Positions 59,862 through 64,000 of a DNA stretch of 64,000 nucleotides are shown here, piece after piece (the stretch's first letter is position 1; each line of letters begins with the position of its first letter). Below the pieces are notes generated by a model. It was not told where the DNA came from. It saw only the letters and a list, made by a program, of their open reading frames with translations, and did not search any database. The DNA is taken from NCBI GenBank assembly GCA_041666325.1, contig JBAYHC010000001.1, positions 201,708 to 265,707 on the forward strand. Direction: 5' to 3'. The position numbers were made by a program, and so were the translations under genes. The DNA comes from Patescibacteria group bacterium (GTDB lineage Bacteria > Patescibacteriota > UBA1384 > XYA2-FULL-43-10 > 1-14-0-10-43-13).

Positions 59862-60506
59862 CTATTCAACCACTATCTTAGCATATTGGAATAAAGGTAT
59901 GTTAGTGCCGCTGATCGTCATGTTTTCTATCTCTGAAATAGAGATCTTGGTGTTCTTGTCTGAGATTTGATCGACAATACCACCCTTGCGCTCCATGGCA
60001 GATTTTAGCAATTTACTGTTGCCCATAACTTTTATCTCGTAGTTTTCGAGACTTGCAAATTGGCTCAAGCTATCGCTCAAAACCAACCGCTTGTCGTTGA
60101 CAGAGATAATGTCAGCTCCAATATTTTTGATCGCATTGATTAAGTCAATCACCTGGGGGGCAGCAAGTCTTCCGTTGATACTTATCGAGATACCTTGACC
60201 GGTCATTCCCTCTTCGCCGGTAATAATCGAAAGGCGTCGGGCGTCGCTCTGGTACTTCTCGTATGAGCTCTGCTTTGAAAAAGCAGCATCCTTATAAACG
60301 GAAAGGTCGTGCGTTAAGTCAAAAACCTCACGCCTTAAATCGGCGTTATTTTTGGTCAGCTTTGCCACCTCTAGGGCAATCACTTCGTTGTTTTCCGGCT
60401 GCACCACCTTACGATACTCACTGCCCGAGTAGAACTGAGAGACAATAAATACGCCAAGAGAGAAACAGGTCACAGAAAGGATAATAATATCTATTTTCTT
60501 AAACAT
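59862..60506 (-). CDS. DUF881-family protein
   Basis: An N-terminal TM helix plus the DUF881 core; paired with an upstream paralog. Confidence 0.55.
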   Translation of the reverse strand: MFKKIDIIILSVTCFSLGVFIVSQFYSGSEYRKVVQPENNEVIALEVAKLTKNNADLRREVFDLTHDLSVYKDAAFSKQSSYEKYQSDARRLSIITGEEGMTGQGISISINGRLAAPQVIDLINAIKNIGADIISVNDKRLVLSDSLSQFASLENYEIKVMGNSKLLKSAMERKGGIVDQISDKNTKISISEIENMTISGTNIPLFQYAKIVVE

Positions 60507-60507
60507 A

Positions 60508-61224
60508 TCAATTTAGATTTGTTTTAACTTCGAAACTACCATCATACACTGGCAAGGTAATGTCCTGGTTTTTTGAAATTTCAAAAATTAAACCCTGGTC
60601 CCTCTTGCGGTCATGGACAGAGGTCAGAATTCGTGGATTTGAGATTTGGCTGTAAAGTTCATCCGGATTGCCGATTGCTTCGATCCTGAATGGATTCGAA
60701 ATTCTAGTATTGTTTACAAGGATAGTATTAACAATACAGTCTATGGCAGTATTGGTGACGATTCTTTGACCATTGATGGAAATACCCTCGGCGCCCGCCC
60801 CCCAAAGAGCATTAACAGTATCACGCAGATCACCAGCATGAACAATGGAATCAGCAGACAAAGACCCATAGCTACTATCATCGTAAGTAATAATTAGCCC
60901 TGCCCCGTTTAATTTTGTTAGCCCAGCTTGGGCTTTCTTGTAATTTAGCTCTGATATTTGTTGCTTGCTAAGGCCGATGTCCTCACTGTCCTTCTGCGCT
61001 CTTTCGATCTGAAGTTGGAGGTCTTTGATCTCGGATTTCAATTGATCCTGCTCCTCATAGAGAGCCTCTTTCGTTTCCTTCAGGCTGGAGTAGGGAGCTA
61101 TCGGGTTAGAAACACGAACTGGGAGTGATCGCCACTGGGCTGCAATCAGAACACCTATCATCAGCCCGAGTGCCACCATCAAAGATCGTGACGCAATCAT
61201 TTTTGCTCGCTTGTGTTTGTCCAT
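60508..61224 (-). CDS. DUF881-family protein
   Basis: GLIITYDDSSYGSL and an ISINGQRIV-type block. Confidence 0.55.
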   Translation of the reverse strand: MDKHKRAKMIASRSLMVALGLMIGVLIAAQWRSLPVRVSNPIAPYSSLKETKEALYEEQDQLKSEIKDLQLQIERAQKDSEDIGLSKQQISELNYKKAQAGLTKLNGAGLIITYDDSSYGSLSADSIVHAGDLRDTVNALWGAGAEGISINGQRIVTNTAIDCIVNTILVNNTRISNPFRIEAIGNPDELYSQISNPRILTSVHDRKRDQGLIFEISKNQDITLPVYDGSFEVKTNLN

Positions 61225-61532
61225 GCATGTGAGTGAATCAGGTTTATCTCACCGATAATGACTATCCCTGACTCGCGGTATTATCAATTATATGGTACCC
61301 CCAGTAAGATTTGCACTTACGACCTTTCCCTTAGGACGGGACTGCTCTATCTGCTGAGCTATGGGGGCAAAAGTTATCTAACTTGGCCAACCTGCACTAA
61401 TCAATTTCTGACCCGATCTACGGGTACAAGCAAGACAGAAAGGAACAATTTCCTGTTCTTTCTTTCTGTTATCGAACGCTTTCGTCGCACTTTGATTTAC
61501 TATACCAGATATGATATATTTTTTCGAGAGCT

Positions 61533-61609
61533 CGGGGTGTAGCGTAGCCTGGTAGCGCGCAGGATTCGGGTTCCTGAGGTCGAGAGTTCAAATCTCTCCA
61601 CCCCGACCA
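61533..61609 (+). tRNA. tRNA-Pro (anticodon CGG), CCA encoded
   Basis: Acceptor cggggtg/caccccg, anticodon stem cagga/tcctg, loop ttCGGgt, T-arm gagag-ttcaaat-ctctc. Confidence 0.85.
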
Positions 61610-61800
61610 CAAAATCAAGATTTGAACCAGGAAGGGGTCGGGAAATCTTTCGTAGATGACCCTGTGGGCATGAGTTTCCTGCTCGAGGAAGGTTGGGAAA
61701 CCGAGGGTTTCCCAAAGCGAGACTTAGAAACGAGCTTGTGAAAATCTCTCCACCCGACCGAATATGGTCTCGAGCAATCTAGGCCATTTTTTGAACCGTA

Positions 61801-61833
61801 AAACAAAAAGTCACCCGCACTATTGAGGGTGAC
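61801..61833 (-). terminator. Intrinsic terminator of hup (gtcaccctcaatagtgcgggtgac followed by a T-run on the minus strand)
   Basis: Seen in the sequence. Confidence 0.6.
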
Positions 61834-61852
61834 CCTTTGTTGTAAACGATTA

Positions 61853-62125
61853 TTACTTAATCGTTGAGCGAAGAGATCTGCTTGGTTTGAATCTAGGCAT
61901 CTTGGTCGCCGCAATGTTTATGGGCTGACCAGTGCGTGGGTTAACTCCCGTTCTGGCTTTTCGTTGTCCGACATCGAAGGTTCCGAAACCAGTAAGTGTT
62001 ACTTTTTTATTCTGAGATAATTCACTTGAAATTGCATCGAGCATTGTCTGGATACCAACCTCTGCTTCGCGACGAGAAAGACCAGTTTTTCGTGCTACTT
62101 CATTGATTAATTCACTTTTATTCAT
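61853..62125 (-). CDS. hup: HU-family DNA-binding protein
   Basis: MNKSELINEVA...GFGTF...RTGRNPRTG-like arm. Confidence 0.9.
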   Translation of the reverse strand: MNKSELINEVARKTGLSRREAEVGIQTMLDAISSELSQNKKVTLTGFGTFDVGQRKARTGVNPRTGQPINIAATKMPRFKPSRSLRSTIK

Positions 62126-62162
62126 TGTAACTATTCACCTCCTCTCAGTGACATCTAATAAC

Positions 62163-62969
62163 TTACACCGGATAAACGCAGGAAATCCTTTCAACGGTTA
62201 TAGCCTTTTTCGTTTCTCTATCTATAGATACGAGCACGGCGTTGAAAATGCTATCTCCACTTGCCACTTTATGTGATTTAGATAGCTGTGTCAAGAACTT
62301 TTCAATAATGATTTCCTTGTCCATCCCGATAACGGAGTCGTATGCGCCGCACATGCCCGCATCGGTGATGAATGCCGTTCCTTTGCCGAGAATTCTCTCG
62401 TCGGCTGTTTGAACATGTGTGTGGGTACCAACTACAGCCGAGACAAACCCATCGAGATAGTTCGCTAAAGCAATTTTCTCGCTCGTCGCCTCAGCATGAA
62501 AGTCAACAAATATTAGACTACCCGCAGCCTTTTCTGCAATACCCTTACCCCAGGTAAAAGGATCCTCAACCTCATCCTTCATAAACACACGACCGATTAA
62601 ATTAACTATTGTGATCTTCTCACCATCAACGGTCAGCTCGATCACACCTCTCCCGGGTGCACTTTCTGGGTAATTGGCAGGTCTTGCCACATAGGTCTTT
62701 TCATCGTTTAGATATGGTATAAACTCAACTTTATCCCAGATGTGATTACCGGAGGTAAAAACGTCGACACCAGCTCGACTCATCTCCTCATATTTACTGA
62801 ACGTCATGCCAAAACCAGCGGCTAGATTTTCACCGTTGGCAATCACCAGATTGACCCCTCTCTCTTTGCGAATTTTTGGAAGCAAGTCAGCAACCGCTCT
62901 TCTGCCTGGCCGGCCGACTATGTCGCCAAGGAATAAGATTTTAAAATCTTTCTTTTCTGTCACAATCAA
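62163..62969 (-). CDS. ymdB: YmdB-like (TIGR00282) metallophosphoesterase
   Basis: ILFLGDIVGRPGRRAV and GNHIWD motifs. Confidence 0.8.
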   Translation of the reverse strand: MIVTEKKDFKILFLGDIVGRPGRRAVADLLPKIRKERGVNLVIANGENLAAGFGMTFSKYEEMSRAGVDVFTSGNHIWDKVEFIPYLNDEKTYVARPANYPESAPGRGVIELTVDGEKITIVNLIGRVFMKDEVEDPFTWGKGIAEKAAGSLIFVDFHAEATSEKIALANYLDGFVSAVVGTHTHVQTADERILGKGTAFITDAGMCGAYDSVIGMDKEIIIEKFLTQLSKSHKVASGDSIFNAVLVSIDRETKKAITVERISCVYPV

Positions 62970-63045
62970 ACTTCTTTCTGATTAAAACTGCAGCCCAAAA
63001 TATATCACAACATATCATACTTTTGATATTTTCTGGAGTCCTCTA

Positions 63046-64000
63046 TTATTTGGCGTATTCAATAGCCCGAGTCTCACGGATAACGGTTATTTTGACCTGG
63101 CCTGGATATTGAACCTCGTCCTCGATCTTCTTGGCGATGTCCCTCGACATCTTCTCTGCTGTCAAGTCATCAATTTCTTGTGGAATAACTATTACCCTAA
63201 CCTCGCGACCGGCCTGGACAGCATAAGACTTTTCGACACCTGAGAAAGAATTGGCAACTCGCTCCAGCTCCTGTAACCGCTTAACATAAAGTTCGAAAGA
63301 TTCGCGCCTTGAACCGGGACGTGAAGCTGATATAGCATCAGCAACCTGAACAAGTATGGCGGCAATACTCTCTGGCTGAACATCCTCGTGGTGAGCTTCA
63401 ACTGCGTGTATTAGATCAGCAGGAAGCTTAAATTTGCGACAGATATCAGCAGAGATAACAGCATGAGAGCCTGGCACCTCATGGTCAACTGCTTTACCAA
63501 GATCGTGCAAGAGACATGCTTTTTTAACAAGCGTGACATCGGCGCCCACTTCTTCGGCGAGCAATGCCCCAATACGCGCTACCTCCAACGAGTGATGAAG
63601 TTGGTTTTGACCAAAAGAAGTTCTAAACTTCAATCGCCCGAGTATCTGCATAATCTCTTGTGGCAGGCCAGTCACACCCACCTCATAGCAGGCCTCTTCA
63701 CCGGATTTTTTAATATCGGCAGCGACAACTTTCTTCGACTTCTCAAAAACCTCCTCAATTCGGGAAGGATGGATTCGCCCGTCAGATACAAGTTCCATAA
63801 GTGTTACTCTGGCAACTTGACGTCGGACAGGATCGAATGTCGAGATTACAACGGCTTCTGGGGTATCGTCAATAATGAGATCAACTCCCGTCACCTTCTC
63901 GAAGGTCTGAATGTTTCTTCCTTCTTTGCCAATTATGCGACCCTTCATCTCCTCACTTGGCAAATGAATGGCAGAGATCGTCGCTTCGGAAGCTGTTTCC
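63046..64000 (-). CDS. rny: Ribonuclease Y, C-terminal KH and HD domains; the 5' part of the gene lies beyond the window end
   Basis: A KH motif IIGKEGRNIQ and HD-domain HHSLEVA...LLHDLGK; the ORF continues past coordinate 64000. Confidence 0.8.
   Translation of the reverse strand, partial: ETASEATISAIHLPSEEMKGRIIGKEGRNIQTFEKVTGVDLIIDDTPEAVVISTFDPVRRQVARVTLMELVSDGRIHPSRIEEVFEKSKKVVAADIKKSGEEACYEVGVTGLPQEIMQILGRLKFRTSFGQNQLHHSLEVARIGALLAEEVGADVTLVKKACLLHDLGKAVDHEVPGSHAVISADICRKFKLPADLIHAVEAHHEDVQPESIAAILVQVADAISASRPGSRRESFELYVKRLQELERVANSFSGVEKSYAVQAGREVRVIVIPQEIDDLTAEKMSRDIAKKIEDEVQYPGQVKITVIRETRAIEYAK

Noticed and set aside
61500-61914. ORFs 61500-61715 (minus) and 61615-61914 (minus)
   Set aside because: They overlap the tRNA-Pro gene and the hup terminator region, so they are artefacts.

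Overview
This window is AT-rich (about 40% GC), bacterial and gene-dense. Its gene content resembles a reduced-genome lineage, possibly Patescibacteria/CPR-like; that lineage guess is inference only. Housekeeping content falls into four groups:
- An isoprenoid cluster: dxs, a polyprenyl diphosphate synthase, idi and two paralogous UbiA-like membrane proteins.
- An ABC-2 exporter, hisS, rnhB, a glycosyltransferase, rplY and thrS.
- A dTMP-synthesis cluster (dut, tmk, glyA, thyX, comEB, Nudix) followed by two tRNA-Val genes.
- typA, a PfkB kinase next to ahcY, an NMN adenylyltransferase, rsmH, queH, smpB, tRNA-Pro, hup, ymdB and the 3' part of rny.

The accessory material is in two places. The first is a roughly 1.3 kb segment (19.2-20.5 kb) at about 65% GC. 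It encodes a lipoprotein and is flanked by small palindromic MITE-like repeats.

The second is a roughly 10 kb very AT-rich island (about 39.7-50.5 kb). It ends in a MerR-type HTH gene and a large serine recombinase, and all its cargo genes are on the minus strand. The cargo includes a fused OLD-family ABC-ATPase/Toprim nuclease immediately downstream of a DUF4238 protein. It also includes a GHKL-ATPase, STAS-like (DUF4325) and 2-TM protein operon, and a PD-(D/E)xK-like protein. This looks like a composite, apparently undescribed anti-phage or abortive-infection locus and is the main candidate for novelty.

There are also several candidate structured non-coding elements, an HTH-XRE::Hsp20 fusion, and a tRNA-Pro 3'-end duplication scar. 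No CRISPR array or rRNA was seen.
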